Shown here: positions 1-10,577 of the stretch, piece by piece
Layout: each line of letters begins with the position of its first letter
Position numbering within the stretch: position 1 is the first letter of the stretch
NCBI GenBank assembly: GCA_963693055.1
Contig: OY843751.1
Span: 6,048,001-6,112,000 of the forward strand
Direction: 5' to 3'
Origin: a bacterium
GTDB lineage: Bacteria > Zhuqueibacterota > Zhuqueibacteria > Residuimicrobiales > Krinioviventaceae
DNA length: 64,000 bases
Program-made: the position numbers and the translations under genes
Notes under the pieces: model-generated
What the model saw: the letters and a program-made list of their open reading frames with translations, nothing else
Told to the model about the DNA's origin: nothing
Database searches by the model: none

Positions 1-482
1 TAAAGAGTGTTAAAGAGATAATCCGTTCCGGAAGTATTGAAAGTCGATTCGGTATGAAAATCGGCGAGTTTATTAAAGCTTGTCACTTGCAGGAAAAACA
101 AGGCTTTATGAGTGATAAAACCAATAGATATAAATTTGATCTGGTGATTGATCCCGCGGTTCAAAAAGAGTGTAATGTATATAAAAGAATTTCTAAAGAT
201 ATTGTTTTTGATTCTCCACAGATAAGTCAGCTCGAATACAAGGGGCACTTTATGCTGGAGCGCATTTTTGAAGCGCTTTTAAATAATTATATTGAAAAGA
301 AAACTGAATTTCTTTTGCTGCCTGATGATATGGAAAGAGTGATACATGCTGATATATTGGATAATGTGAAAAAAATTAGAATGCTTTGCGATTATATTGC
401 GGGTATGACTGATCGATATGCTGCCAGATTTTATAAACGGTTATTTGATCCGGATTTTGGCTCGATTGTAGATTTGGTCTAG
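1..482 (+). CDS. dgt: dGTP triphosphohydrolase (HD family), C-terminal part; 5' truncated by window edge
   Basis: Frame is open from base 3; C-terminal CDYIAGMTDRYA motif typical of dGTPases. Confidence 0.85.
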   Translation, partial: KSVKEIIRSGSIESRFGMKIGEFIKACHLQEKQGFMSDKTNRYKFDLVIDPAVQKECNVYKRISKDIVFDSPQISQLEYKGHFMLERIFEALLNNYIEKKTEFLLLPDDMERVIHADILDNVKKIRMLCDYIAGMTDRYAARFYKRLFDPDFGSIVDLV

Positions 483-638
483 TTTATTAAAACAGTATAT
501 TTGAGAATTTCTATCCTATAATTACTATTCCTTTGTCATAATATTATATGTTTATATAATTGAAAAGTTTTGTATTTTTATAACTCTTGTTTAGACAGAT
601 AAATATAGAAAATGTCAGATTTATGAATTGGAGTTGAT

Positions 639-1838
639 ATGAGAAAATATATACTTTTTTTACTGATATTCATCGTATTATTCTCGTGTGAAAAAAAGTA
701 TCCTTATGGAACTGCCTGGCAATGTCACATTGTTGATAATGATTCAAGAGGAGCAGATGGGGTGCGTCTTGATGATGTGAATAGTGATGGATTAATGGAT
801 ATTACGACTGGCTGGGAAGAAGGGGGTATTACCAAAGTTTATCTTCACCCCGGAAAAGAAAAAGCAAAAATGCCCTGGCCTTCGGTTCAGGTAGGTCGTA
901 CCGGATCCGTAGAAGATGCGGCGTTTGTTGATTTGGATTCTGATGGTAGTATAGATGTAATTTCCTGTTGTGAAGGTAAAAATAAACGCGTGTTTGTTCA
1001 CTGGGCACCAAAAAATAAAGAACAATATCTGGACAGCTTGAAATGGGAGTATAAAAGTATACCTGTTACTGAAAACAGAATGCAATGGATGTTTTGTATG
1101 CCCATGCAAGTGGATGATGTGAATGGAATAGATTTGATATGTGCTGGAAAAAATGAAAATGCAGAACTAGGGTGGCTCGAATCACCCGTAAATCCGCGTA
1201 ACCTGGACGATTATAAATGGCATCCTATTACACCGGTAGGATGGGTTATGTCAATCATCTCCCGAGATATGGATGGAGATGGAGATGAGGATATTCTAAT
1301 ATCGGACCGCAGGGGTGAACGGAGAGGCATTCGCTGGCTGGAAAGACCAAATGATCCACAAAAAAGAGTACAGCTCTGGCGAGATCATCTGATAGGAGCC
1401 TCTGATGTTGAAGTAATGTTTATTGATGTAGTGGATATTGATAATGACAAGCAAGAGGAAATTTTAGCAACAGCAAAAAAAGATCAGATTATTATATACA
1501 AGAACCTGGGCAGTAATATTTGGGCTGAACAAAAAATATCATTTCCGGAAAATACAGGTACTGCCAAAGCAGTATCTGCTGCAGATTTTGATAAAGACGG
1601 AAAAATGGATTTAGTGTTCACGTGTGAACATGCTGAAGGAAATCGCTCAGGTGTTATGTGGTTAAAAAAAGTGGATGATCAATGGCTGCCTAATGAGATA
1701 AGCGGTCCCAAGGGAATAAAATTTGATCGTATGGAAATAATTGATTTGGATAATGATGGTGATATGGATGTTTTGACCTGTGAAGAACGTCAGGATGATA
1801 AGGGCTTGGGTGTTATATGGTATGAAAATCCGGGATGA
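639..1838 (+). CDS. FG-GAP/VCBS repeat lipoprotein
   Basis: Lipobox LFSC; repeated DxDxDGxxD motifs (DVNSDGLMD, DMDGDGDED, DFDKDGKMD, DLDNDGDMD). Confidence 0.8.
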   Translation: MRKYILFLLIFIVLFSCEKKYPYGTAWQCHIVDNDSRGADGVRLDDVNSDGLMDITTGWEEGGITKVYLHPGKEKAKMPWPSVQVGRTGSVEDAAFVDLDSDGSIDVISCCEGKNKRVFVHWAPKNKEQYLDSLKWEYKSIPVTENRMQWMFCMPMQVDDVNGIDLICAGKNENAELGWLESPVNPRNLDDYKWHPITPVGWVMSIISRDMDGDGDEDILISDRRGERRGIRWLERPNDPQKRVQLWRDHLIGASDVEVMFIDVVDIDNDKQEEILATAKKDQIIIYKNLGSNIWAEQKISFPENTGTAKAVSAADFDKDGKMDLVFTCEHAEGNRSGVMWLKKVDDQWLPNEISGPKGIKFDRMEIIDLDNDGDMDVLTCEERQDDKGLGVIWYENPG

Positions 1839-1934
1839 AAATAATTATTTATTTATTATAACGTTTATGAAATTTTATACTATATTTAGTTGTTAACTTG
1901 GTTTCATACAATTAAAAAAAATCAGGACGGTAAT

Positions 1935-3158
1935 ATGCATATTGCATATATACATCAGTATTTTCATACTCCGGCAGGTGGTGCGGGAACGCGTTCATAT
2001 GAATGGGCACTCAAACTCATTCAAGCAGGTCACAAAGTAACCATGATCACGTCGGCAAATCATAAAGATTTTAGTCACATTGATACCCAGTTAAATATAG
2101 TAGATGGTAAAGATACGGTTGAAATTGATGGAATAACAGTCAAATTGATTGATTCACCTTCATCTAATTATTATAATCTTGTACAGAGAGCTAAAGCTTT
2201 TTTTAGTTTTGCGAATGCGACATATATAAAGATTATGGAATGTAAACCCGATCTTATTTTTGCAACTTCAACGCCATTGACCGTGGGTTTACCGGCAAAA
2301 AAAGCGGCAAAAAAATTGGGTGTTCCTTTTGTATTTGAAGTAAGAGATCTTTGGCCGGAATTGATATTTGCCTTGGGGGCCGTGAAAAATCCACTTGCCA
2401 GACGCTATCTGATCAATATGGAACATTCCATTTACAACGCTTCAAAACATATAGTTGCGCTTTCTCCGGGAATGAAAGATGGAATTGCAAGAACAGGTTG
2501 CCCAAAAGAAAAAATAAGTATAATTCCAAATTGCTGTGATCTGGATTTATTCAAGCCTCATGAAGGAGATAAAAAGGAATTGCCTTATGGTAATTCCGGA
2601 GATGTGAAATTTGTTTTTTCAGGAGCGCACGGACGTGCCAATGGGCTTGATGCGGTATTGGATGGAATTGCTGAATTGAAACGCCGGCAGTTCAAAGGGG
2701 TACATTTTGTTTTTATTGGTACAGGTAACCAAAAAGAAAGATTGATTCAACGTTCAAAAGATGAAGAATTGATGGATTATATTACCTGGGTTGGCAGGAC
2801 AGTGAAAACAGATCTTGCTGAATTATTACCACAGTTTGATGTTGGAATGATGATTCTGGCCAACATACCTGAATTTTATTATGGAACGTCACCCAATAAA
2901 TTTTTTGATTACATATCCAGTGGGATACCGGTATTAAATAATTATCCGGGTTGGCTTGCGGATATGATCAGTGAAAATCAGTGTGGAATGGTCTGTAAAC
3001 CCGATGATGCTGTTGATTTTGCAGATACGGTAGAAAAATTTGTAAAATCAAATGATAGAAAAAAAATGGGTATGAATGCAAGAAAATTGGCAGAAAGTGA
3101 ATTTTCGAGAAATAAACTTGGCGATGTATTTGTCCAAGTATTAGAATCGAACAGATAA
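1935..3158 (+). CDS. Glycosyltransferase family 4 (WbuB-like)
   Basis: YIHQYF..P..G.GTRS, FEVRDLWPE, SPNKFFDY motifs; ATG 1935 with RBS preferred over TTG 1890. Confidence 0.88.
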   Translation: MHIAYIHQYFHTPAGGAGTRSYEWALKLIQAGHKVTMITSANHKDFSHIDTQLNIVDGKDTVEIDGITVKLIDSPSSNYYNLVQRAKAFFSFANATYIKIMECKPDLIFATSTPLTVGLPAKKAAKKLGVPFVFEVRDLWPELIFALGAVKNPLARRYLINMEHSIYNASKHIVALSPGMKDGIARTGCPKEKISIIPNCCDLDLFKPHEGDKKELPYGNSGDVKFVFSGAHGRANGLDAVLDGIAELKRRQFKGVHFVFIGTGNQKERLIQRSKDEELMDYITWVGRTVKTDLAELLPQFDVGMMILANIPEFYYGTSPNKFFDYISSGIPVLNNYPGWLADMISENQCGMVCKPDDAVDFADTVEKFVKSNDRKKMGMNARKLAESEFSRNKLGDVFVQVLESNR

Positions 3159-3191
3159 AATACTCTATTCCGGAATATTAAGGAGCAAAAA

Positions 3192-4538
3192 ATGTCATGG
3201 GACGAGGAATTAAGAAGCAATGCTTTTTGGTTTATTGATAGATTCAAAGGACGAGGTGTTTATAATCATTTAACAGAAATGGAACAAGCCTTTAAAGATC
3301 CGCTGTCTTTTGAAAAAGTCAATCAACAACGATTAGAAAAATTGCTTGGCCATGCCTGCTCAACAACAAAGTTTTATAATCAATTTTCCGGTTTTAATTC
3401 TATACATGATTTTCCGGTAATCACCAAAAATGAACTCAAAGCCAATTACGATGATCTTTTTTCTTCCTTGTACAAAAAAAATGATCTGGTAACACGTACC
3501 ACAAGTGGTTCTTATGGTATTCCTTTTACCTATTATATGACCCGTGAAAAATACAATAAGCGAGTTGCGGAACTTTTGTTTTTTAACGGTTGGGCAGGAT
3601 ACAAGCTGGGTATGCGGTATGGGCATATTCGTCCACAATATCTTCCCAAAAAACAACGGTTATTTAATAATACTTTATATATTGATCCCAGCAGAATTGA
3701 TGAACAATGGCTTGAAACACAGCGAAAGAATTTAAAAAATCACCGCGTCAAATTTTTGGTATGTTACCCCATAAATCTTTCTTATATCGTACAGTATTGT
3801 GAATCCAAAGGTGACACACCGGATATGTTTCATTTAAAAGGAGTTATTTGCAGTGCCGAAAAACTTACATCGTCTGTTAAAGAACGGGCTCAACGGATTT
3901 TAGGTTGTACTGTATTGGATAGATATTCTTCTCAGGAATTGGGTGTTATTGCACATCAAAATCGAGATCAGGAAAGTTATTCTGTAAATTTCACTTCACA
4001 TTTTATTGAAATTTTAAAATTTGACAAGGATGAACCCGTAGATCCCGGAGAATCCGGTAGAATTGTAGCAACAGACATGTTCTCATATGCTATGCCGCTT
4101 GTGCGATTTGAAGTTGGAGACAGTGCACAATTGTATGAAAAAACGGATAATCCCATAATGCAGATAAAAGCTATTAACGGGCGAATTGTTGAGGCGGTTT
4201 ATACTCCAAAAGGAGAGAGTGTCAACCATTCTGCATTGTATGGTGTTATTGACAAGGACGAAATCCTTCCGGATAAAATCTTTCAATACCAGTTTATTCA
4301 GGAAACACGTGATGGATATCGTGTAAAATTACAACCCAAACCGAATTATGATAACGAAACGGAAAGACACCTTCTTCAGCGATATAAAAACCTGTTTGGG
4401 GAGGAAGCAAATTTTACCATCGAATATGTGGATTCAATACCGCCTATGCGTTCAGGCAAGCGCAGTATATTTATTAATAATTATAATAAAGGTAACCTGG
4501 AGAGAGATGGAGAGGTTTTACCCTTTCTTGAAAAATAG
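3192..4538 (+). CDS. CapK/phenylacetate-CoA ligase-like adenylate-forming enzyme
   Basis: TTSGSYG P-loop-like motif, YSSQE, MPLVRFEVGD, C-terminal SGK. Confidence 0.8.
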   Translation: MSWDEELRSNAFWFIDRFKGRGVYNHLTEMEQAFKDPLSFEKVNQQRLEKLLGHACSTTKFYNQFSGFNSIHDFPVITKNELKANYDDLFSSLYKKNDLVTRTTSGSYGIPFTYYMTREKYNKRVAELLFFNGWAGYKLGMRYGHIRPQYLPKKQRLFNNTLYIDPSRIDEQWLETQRKNLKNHRVKFLVCYPINLSYIVQYCESKGDTPDMFHLKGVICSAEKLTSSVKERAQRILGCTVLDRYSSQELGVIAHQNRDQESYSVNFTSHFIEILKFDKDEPVDPGESGRIVATDMFSYAMPLVRFEVGDSAQLYEKTDNPIMQIKAINGRIVEAVYTPKGESVNHSALYGVIDKDEILPDKIFQYQFIQETRDGYRVKLQPKPNYDNETERHLLQRYKNLFGEEANFTIEYVDSIPPMRSGKRSIFINNYNKGNLERDGEVLPFLEK

Positions 4539-4551
4539 ATAGATTTACCAT

Positions 4552-4585
4552 AAAAAAGCCGGATAGTTAATATCCGACTTTTTTT
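4552..4585. terminator. Bidirectional intrinsic terminator
   Basis: A-run + GCCGGATA..TATCCGAC hairpin + T-run between convergent genes. Confidence 0.65.
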
Positions 4586-4627
4586 GTTTAAACTAAATCT
4601 CAAGTAGTGTAGAAAAAGTATGTCAAA

Positions 4628-5335
4628 TTATGTTAATAGATTATAAGCAAATGCTGCAAGCAAGGCACCGGTAACAGGACCAGCAATAGGAACCCAGGCA
4701 TATGCCCAGTCACTATTTGCTTTATTTGGGATGGGTAGTATAGCATGCATAATACGGGGTCCCAGATCACGGGCAGGATTTATTGCATATCCTGTTGTTC
4801 CACCCAAAGATAAACCAATTGCAAAAACCAACAGAGCAACTGGAAGCGCACTGAGAGCGCCCAAGCCAACATCAGGTGCGGCAATATAAATTACTGCAAA
4901 CACCAATATAAATGTTCCAATGGCTTCTGAAATAAAATTATCAAAATAGTTACGATATTGAGGGGCTGTAACAAAGACATAGAGTTTGAGATCTTTTTCT
5001 TCAGTATTTGCAAAATGTTGACGGTAATGGATCCAAACCAATGTTGCACCAATCATGGCACCAATCATTTGGGCAAGAATATATTGCGGTACCAGTGCCC
5101 ATGAAAATTTTCCGGCTGCAGCCAGACCAATTGTCACTGCGGGATTTATGTGCGCTCCGCTGAATGAGGAAACTGTAAAAACCGCTGTAAAAACACCCAT
5201 TCCCCAACCAAAGGTTACAACAATCCAACCGGCCTTGTTTCCTTTGGTATTGTTTAGCAATACATTGGCACAAACACCACCACCCAATAAAATTAAAATC
5301 GCTGTACCAATGATTTCCGCTGTAAATGCAGACAT
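4628..5335 (-). CDS. glpF: MIP family aquaglyceroporin (glycerol uptake facilitator)
   Basis: SGAHINPAVT and GYAINPARD NPA boxes. Confidence 0.92.
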   Translation of the reverse strand: MSAFTAEIIGTAILILLGGGVCANVLLNNTKGNKAGWIVVTFGWGMGVFTAVFTVSSFSGAHINPAVTIGLAAAGKFSWALVPQYILAQMIGAMIGATLVWIHYRQHFANTEEKDLKLYVFVTAPQYRNYFDNFISEAIGTFILVFAVIYIAAPDVGLGALSALPVALLVFAIGLSLGGTTGYAINPARDLGPRIMHAILPIPNKANSDWAYAWVPIAGPVTGALLAAFAYNLLT

Positions 5336-5636
5336 TTCTGGACCTCCACTTTTGAATAGTATAATAAGAATAAAATATTTTGATATGGATCCGAATAATA
5401 ATTGCGATTTTGAAGGAACGGGTTTAGAATATTATATACAGGCAGTGAAATAAATAAAATCTAAACAGGTATACATTTTTAACTAATTTATAATAATTTT
5501 ACAAGATATTGGTTTGCGACTATTTTCGCAAGCAAAAAGAATACTGTTTTTAATAAAAATCTATTGAATATCTATTTTTGTAATGTTGTTGAAAGTGATG
5601 TAAAAAGTTGATATATTTTGCAAAAACGGAGGCCTA

Positions 5637-7661
5637 ATGAAACGTCTTTTTTTCGTACTGATTATATTTTCATTATCTATTCAGTTATGGGGAGGAGTAG
5701 TGAATAAAACCCAAATTCAAAATACGGTTGATGCTATTGTAAAAACACATGGTGCTGATCAACAGCAGCGGGCACAAACAGGTGTTCAGCAGGCAGCTGC
5801 TTTATGGATGGAGCAGGATGGCACCCCTGAACAATTTAAAGAGTTTTGTGTAGATAATTTTATTTCTGACAATAAAACGCTTGATCAAACTTTTCAACGC
5901 TTTCAAAACAATATGGAGATGTTGTGGGGACACAATCATGAAATTAATCGCTTTTGGTCAAAACCTATTACTCTTCAAGTCGGAGAGGTATTACCTGTTG
6001 ATTATCTGTTCGCTGAATATGATCCTTTTGCTCATATAGAAGATGATTTGTTTAAAACCAAACTGGCGTTTGTTGTTCTTTTGAATTTTGAACAAAAGGA
6101 TCTAAATACCAAACTTGAGCAAGGTGATCATTGGGACCGTAAAGAATGGGCTATGGCCCGTCTGGCAGAATTAACCGAAACCCGGGTACCTGCTGAAGTA
6201 AATCAGTCTCTTGCAAGCGCTTCTGTTCAGGTGGATGATTATATTGCAAATTATAATATTGTGATGAACAGTTTGGTGAATGATAAAAATGAGCGTTTGT
6301 TTCCCACAGGATTAAAGTTGATCAGCCACTGGGGATTAAGAGACGAGTTGAAATCTCATTATGGTCAAAAAGACGGGCTCCCAAAACAAGAGATGATTTA
6401 CAATGTTATGCTACATATTATCCGTCAGGATATTCCTAAACAAATCATCAATAGCGATGCAATGGACTGGAATCCGTTTACCAATACGCTTTATAAAGAG
6501 GGTAACGAAGTAACAGCAATACCAGAACCCGATACACGCTATCAACATTGGTTAAATGTTTTCCATGCCCAGCAAAAGGCTGATCCCTATTATCCTAATT
6601 ACCCAACACAAATTGATCGGCGTTTTAACCGTTATCGTGAAATTCCTGAGGAAAAAGTAGAGGCGTTGTTGCATTCGGTTTTGACAGCACCCATTGCTCA
6701 AGAAACAGCAGCGTTTATTAAAACCAGATTGGGTAGAGATTTACAGCCTTTTGATATCTGGTACGATGGATTTAAAGCACGAAGCGGCATTGACCAGGCA
6801 GAACTGGACAGGATAGTTGGTGAAAAGTATCCGTCTGTTGCCGCATTTCAGGCAGACCTGCCAAATATTTTGCAAAACCTTGATTTTGATAAAGAAACTG
6901 CCGAATATCTGGCAAGCAAGATTACCGTTGATCCTTCACGTGGTGCAGGACATGCATCCGGAGCAATGCGTAAAGATGATAACGCGCATTTGAGAACACG
7001 CATACCCGAAACGGGAATGAAATACAAGGGATACAATATTGCAATACATGAACTGGGCCACAATGTAGAGCAGGTATTGTCTCTGAACAAGATGGACCAG
7101 TATATGCTTTTTGGTGTACCCAATACCGCTTTTACAGAAGCATTTGCTTTTGTGTTTCAATCTCGTGATTTGGAATTATTGGGTGCAGCTAAAAATGATC
7201 CCACTACCAGATATTTAAAAGCGCTTGATACCTACTGGTCTACCTGTGAGATATCAGCGGTGAGTCTGGTTGATATGCGGGCATGGCGATGGTTGTACGA
7301 TCATCCACAAGCATCACCCGCGGAATTTAAAGTGGCAGTTATTGATATTGCTAAAGATGTTTGGAACACTTATTTTGCCCCGTTAATTGGTGTTAAAGAC
7401 AGTGAGATTCTGGCTATCTATTCACATCTGGTTGCATATGGATTATACACCCCGGATTATGCTTTGGGACATATGATCATGTATCAGATAGAACAATATC
7501 TTGTGGGAAAACAGCTGGGTGTTGAAATGGAACGCATGTGCCGTATTGGTCGAGTAGCGCCAGACACCTGGATGAAACAGGCAGTTGATAATCCCTTATC
7601 CGCACAACCCCTCATTGAATCTGCAAAAGAAGCGTTACAGGTTCTAAAACAACAGATATAG
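5637..7661 (+). CDS. Secreted putative gluzincin (M3/M2-like) metallopeptidase
   Basis: Signal peptide; HELGH followed ~25 aa later by NTAFTEAFA. Confidence 0.55.
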   Translation: MKRLFFVLIIFSLSIQLWGGVVNKTQIQNTVDAIVKTHGADQQQRAQTGVQQAAALWMEQDGTPEQFKEFCVDNFISDNKTLDQTFQRFQNNMEMLWGHNHEINRFWSKPITLQVGEVLPVDYLFAEYDPFAHIEDDLFKTKLAFVVLLNFEQKDLNTKLEQGDHWDRKEWAMARLAELTETRVPAEVNQSLASASVQVDDYIANYNIVMNSLVNDKNERLFPTGLKLISHWGLRDELKSHYGQKDGLPKQEMIYNVMLHIIRQDIPKQIINSDAMDWNPFTNTLYKEGNEVTAIPEPDTRYQHWLNVFHAQQKADPYYPNYPTQIDRRFNRYREIPEEKVEALLHSVLTAPIAQETAAFIKTRLGRDLQPFDIWYDGFKARSGIDQAELDRIVGEKYPSVAAFQADLPNILQNLDFDKETAEYLASKITVDPSRGAGHASGAMRKDDNAHLRTRIPETGMKYKGYNIAIHELGHNVEQVLSLNKMDQYMLFGVPNTAFTEAFAFVFQSRDLELLGAAKNDPTTRYLKALDTYWSTCEISAVSLVDMRAWRWLYDHPQASPAEFKVAVIDIAKDVWNTYFAPLIGVKDSEILAIYSHLVAYGLYTPDYALGHMIMYQIEQYLVGKQLGVEMERMCRIGRVAPDTWMKQAVDNPLSAQPLIESAKEALQVLKQQI

Positions 7662-7667
7662 ACTTTG

Positions 7668-7696
7668 AGCGTGACAGAAATACTTTCTGTCACGCT
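7668..7696. repeat. REP-like palindrome, family GTGACAGA-Nx-TCTGTCAC (copy 1)
   Basis: AGCGTGACAGAAA-TAC-TTTCTGTCACGCT; related copies at 14114, 17941, 20579, 28781, 61974. Confidence 0.7.
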
Positions 7697-7737
7697 TTTG
7701 ATAAATAACTTGTAAAAACGAAAAAAATGGTTTATAT

Positions 7738-7776
7738 TGACCTATATAATAGGTCATAAAACCTATATAGTAGGTC
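7738..7776 (+). promoter_or_regulatory. Two tandem palindromic operators directly upstream of the wHTH gene
   Basis: TGACCTA-TATAA-TAGGTCA (7738-7756) and ACCTA-TATAG-TAGGT (7761-7775); TTGTAA-N17-TATATT promoter candidate just upstream. Confidence 0.7.
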
Positions 7777-7779
7777 GAT

Positions 7780-8109
7780 ATGCTAGAAGTATTATTGGGG
7801 TCTAAAAATAGAGAGCGAATTCTGTTGTATTTGGTTTTTCGTAAGGAAGGTTATGCAAGAGAAATTGCACGATATTTTCATACGGATGTAAATCAAATCC
7901 AAAAGCAATTGGAACGTCTTGAAACCGGAGGTATCTTGTTTAGTCGCACTGTTGGTAAAACCAGATTATATGCGATGAATCCCAGATATCCATTTTTAAA
8001 AGAACTTGAAATTCTTTTTGAAAAGTCCTTAGAATTTTATCCAGAGCAGGAAAGAGAATCTTTGCTGATGATTCGTAAACGTCCTCGTCGTAAGGATAAA
8101 CCATTATGA
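7780..8109 (+). CDS. ArsR-like winged-helix regulator (putative antitoxin)
   Basis: GYAREIAR..QKQLERLE.GG wHTH; basic RxRPRR tail; ATGA overlap with next ORF. Confidence 0.75.
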   Translation: MLEVLLGSKNRERILLYLVFRKEGYAREIARYFHTDVNQIQKQLERLETGGILFSRTVGKTRLYAMNPRYPFLKELEILFEKSLEFYPEQERESLLMIRKRPRRKDKPL

Positions 8110-8637
8110 AGAAAATTGAAAACATGACATTGGGAGAGTTTGCAGCTTTTGTTCAATCTCATTTGAGAGAAAATGAAATAGAATGTATTTTATCCGGAGG
8201 TGCATGTGTTTCAATTTACACAGAAAACAGATATCAATCTTTTGATCTTGATTTTATAGAGAATTTTTCTACAAATACTGATCAATTAGAAAAGGTAATG
8301 AAAAAGTTAAATTTTATTAAAGAAAACAGATATTTTAAACATCAAAATTCAACCTATTTTGTAGAATTTCCACCAGGACCATTGTCCATTGGTGATGAAG
8401 CTATATTTAATTATAATTAAATTCGAAACCGGTGAGTTGAAATTATTAACTCCAACAGATTGTGTTAGAGATAGATTATGTGCATATTATTATTGGAATG
8501 ATCTTCAAACACTAGAACAGGCAGTCATGGTTTCAAAGAAACATAAAGTTGATTTGGAAATTATAAAACAATGGTCAGCTTTAATAAACCAAGAAAATAA
8601 ATACCTGACTTTTAAAGAAAAAGTTGATTTATACTAA
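8106..8637 (+). pseudogene. Frameshifted nucleotidyltransferase-like (AbiEii-like) protein
   Basis: LSGGA...S.DLDF NTase motif in 8106-8420; continuation (PTDCVRDRL) in another frame from ~8410. Confidence 0.65.
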
Positions 8638-8787
8638 ATCTATTTATTATTGTTTTCGGGGAATCTACTTTATTAACCACTTTGCATTTTACTGCTAATT
8701 GTAATATAAAATGTATTTTCAGAAATAATTGACGAATGCGGTGTGTATTCTATATTACTATCCGTATTCATTTTAAGGAAATACTAC

Positions 8788-10131
8788 ATGTTTAACAGAG
8801 CTTTGCGAAGTAGAGCATTCTGGACACTTGATTTTATTCGGGGTGCAAATATAAGAAACCACTTGAATGAATTAAAAAATGCATTTGATGATCCTGTTTC
8901 ATTCAAAAAAGTAAATCAACATCGTCTTGAGGCCATGCTTGATCATGCATGTACAACCACACCGTTTTATAAACAATTTGCCAATTTTAACTCTTTAAAT
9001 GAATTTCCGGTGATTGATAAAAAAGTATTAAAAGAACAAGGTGAAGATATGTTTTCAACTTTGTTCAATCGGTCTGATCTGGTTACACGCGCAACAAGCG
9101 GTTCATCCGGAGTTCCGTTTACATATTATATGACACAGGAAAAATATAAAAAGAGACTTGCAGAAGTTTTGTTTTTCAATAATTGGGCCGGATATGAACT
9201 GGGTATGAAATACGCACATATTAAACCACAGACAAGATCCCGGTGGAAACAATTTTACAACAATGTTCTGGATATTAACCCAACCACCATTGATGAAAAG
9301 TGGCTGGCAGAACAGCGAAAGAATCTAATGGATCCTAAAATCAAGTTTTTGGTCTGTTATCCAACTCCATTGTTATATATTGCTGAATATTGTAAGAACA
9401 TGGGAGATTCTCCGGATCAATTCCATTTAAAGGGAATTGTATGCAGTGCGGAAAAATTGACACCCCAAGTCAGGAAAAAAGCAAATTCTGTATTTGGTTG
9501 TATGCTATTGGACCGCTATTCTTCGCAAGAGCTGGGAATTATTGCGCACCAAAATAAAAATAATGAGAATTATTCTGTAAATCATGTATCACATTATTTT
9601 GAATTATTGAAATTTAACACTGATGAGCCTGTAAAACCGGGAGAACCCGGAAGGGTAGTGGTAACGGATCTGTTTTCTTATGCTATGCCTTTAATAAGAT
9701 ACGAGGTGGGAGACAGCGCGGAATTGTGCAAAGATTTCAATTCAGAAATTCCTCAAATACAATCTATACATGGCAGAATTGTAGATACGGTATATTCAAC
9801 GAGTGGAAAAAGTATAAATTACTCTTCTTTGTATCAGGTTGTGGATCAAAGTTTTGTATTACAAAGCGGAATCTTGCAATTTCAGTTTATACAAAAAGGT
9901 AAAAATATATATGTTGTCAAGTTAAAGGTAAAACCCGCATTTAATCATTCTGAATTGTTGATAAATCGATACAAGGAATTGTTGGGATACGATGCAAATA
10001 TAAAACTGGAATATCTGGATGTTATCCCTCAAGCACAATCTGGTAAGCGGGCAATCGTAATTAATGAATACAAGAATGCGTCATTGTCCAGTGAAACGGA
10101 ACTGTTACCCTATATAAATCAGGCGAATTAA
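8788..10131 (+). CDS. CapK-like adenylate-forming enzyme, paralog of 3192-4538
   Basis: ATSGSSG, YSSQELG, MPLIRYEVGD, SGK; colinear with the 3192 protein; ATG 8788 with AAGGA RBS. Confidence 0.8.
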   Translation: MFNRALRSRAFWTLDFIRGANIRNHLNELKNAFDDPVSFKKVNQHRLEAMLDHACTTTPFYKQFANFNSLNEFPVIDKKVLKEQGEDMFSTLFNRSDLVTRATSGSSGVPFTYYMTQEKYKKRLAEVLFFNNWAGYELGMKYAHIKPQTRSRWKQFYNNVLDINPTTIDEKWLAEQRKNLMDPKIKFLVCYPTPLLYIAEYCKNMGDSPDQFHLKGIVCSAEKLTPQVRKKANSVFGCMLLDRYSSQELGIIAHQNKNNENYSVNHVSHYFELLKFNTDEPVKPGEPGRVVVTDLFSYAMPLIRYEVGDSAELCKDFNSEIPQIQSIHGRIVDTVYSTSGKSINYSSLYQVVDQSFVLQSGILQFQFIQKGKNIYVVKLKVKPAFNHSELLINRYKELLGYDANIKLEYLDVIPQAQSGKRAIVINEYKNASLSSETELLPYINQAN

Positions 10132-10208
10132 TCGTATTCTGTTTCTGCGAAATACACATTTATTTTGTATTTAGAATTAGTGTAGATTAGTAGATGTGAG
10201 GTGTTGTT

Positions 10209-10577
10209 ATGCATCCGGATATTGAAAGTGATTTAATTAAGGATGTAATTTTATCATTCTATCACAAGGGGCATGAAGAATCTGATCCCGATAAATTTGA
10301 TCAGATCCTGCATGACCAGTGGAAATTATTTTATCTTGATGAAGAAGGGGACCTTCAGGTTGCGGACAAGCGTACCTATCTTTCCTGGTATGATCCCAAA
10401 TTTGCGGATAAGAAACTGCAATGGAACACTAATTTTCATTCAATCGATATTGATGGTCATTTGGCAACTGTAAAGTTGAACATAGAAAACCAGAAATTTG
10501 GATACCTGGTTTATTTTACACTGATGAAATTAGATACCAAATGGTGGATCATGAACAAGATATCCAGACGATTATAG
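10209..10577 (+). CDS. NTF2-like / lumazine-binding family protein
   Basis: Size and C-terminal 'IDIDG..A.VK...LMK....WWI.NK' pattern. Confidence 0.65.
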   Translation: MHPDIESDLIKDVILSFYHKGHEESDPDKFDQILHDQWKLFYLDEEGDLQVADKRTYLSWYDPKFADKKLQWNTNFHSIDIDGHLATVKLNIENQKFGYLVYFTLMKLDTKWWIMNKISRRL

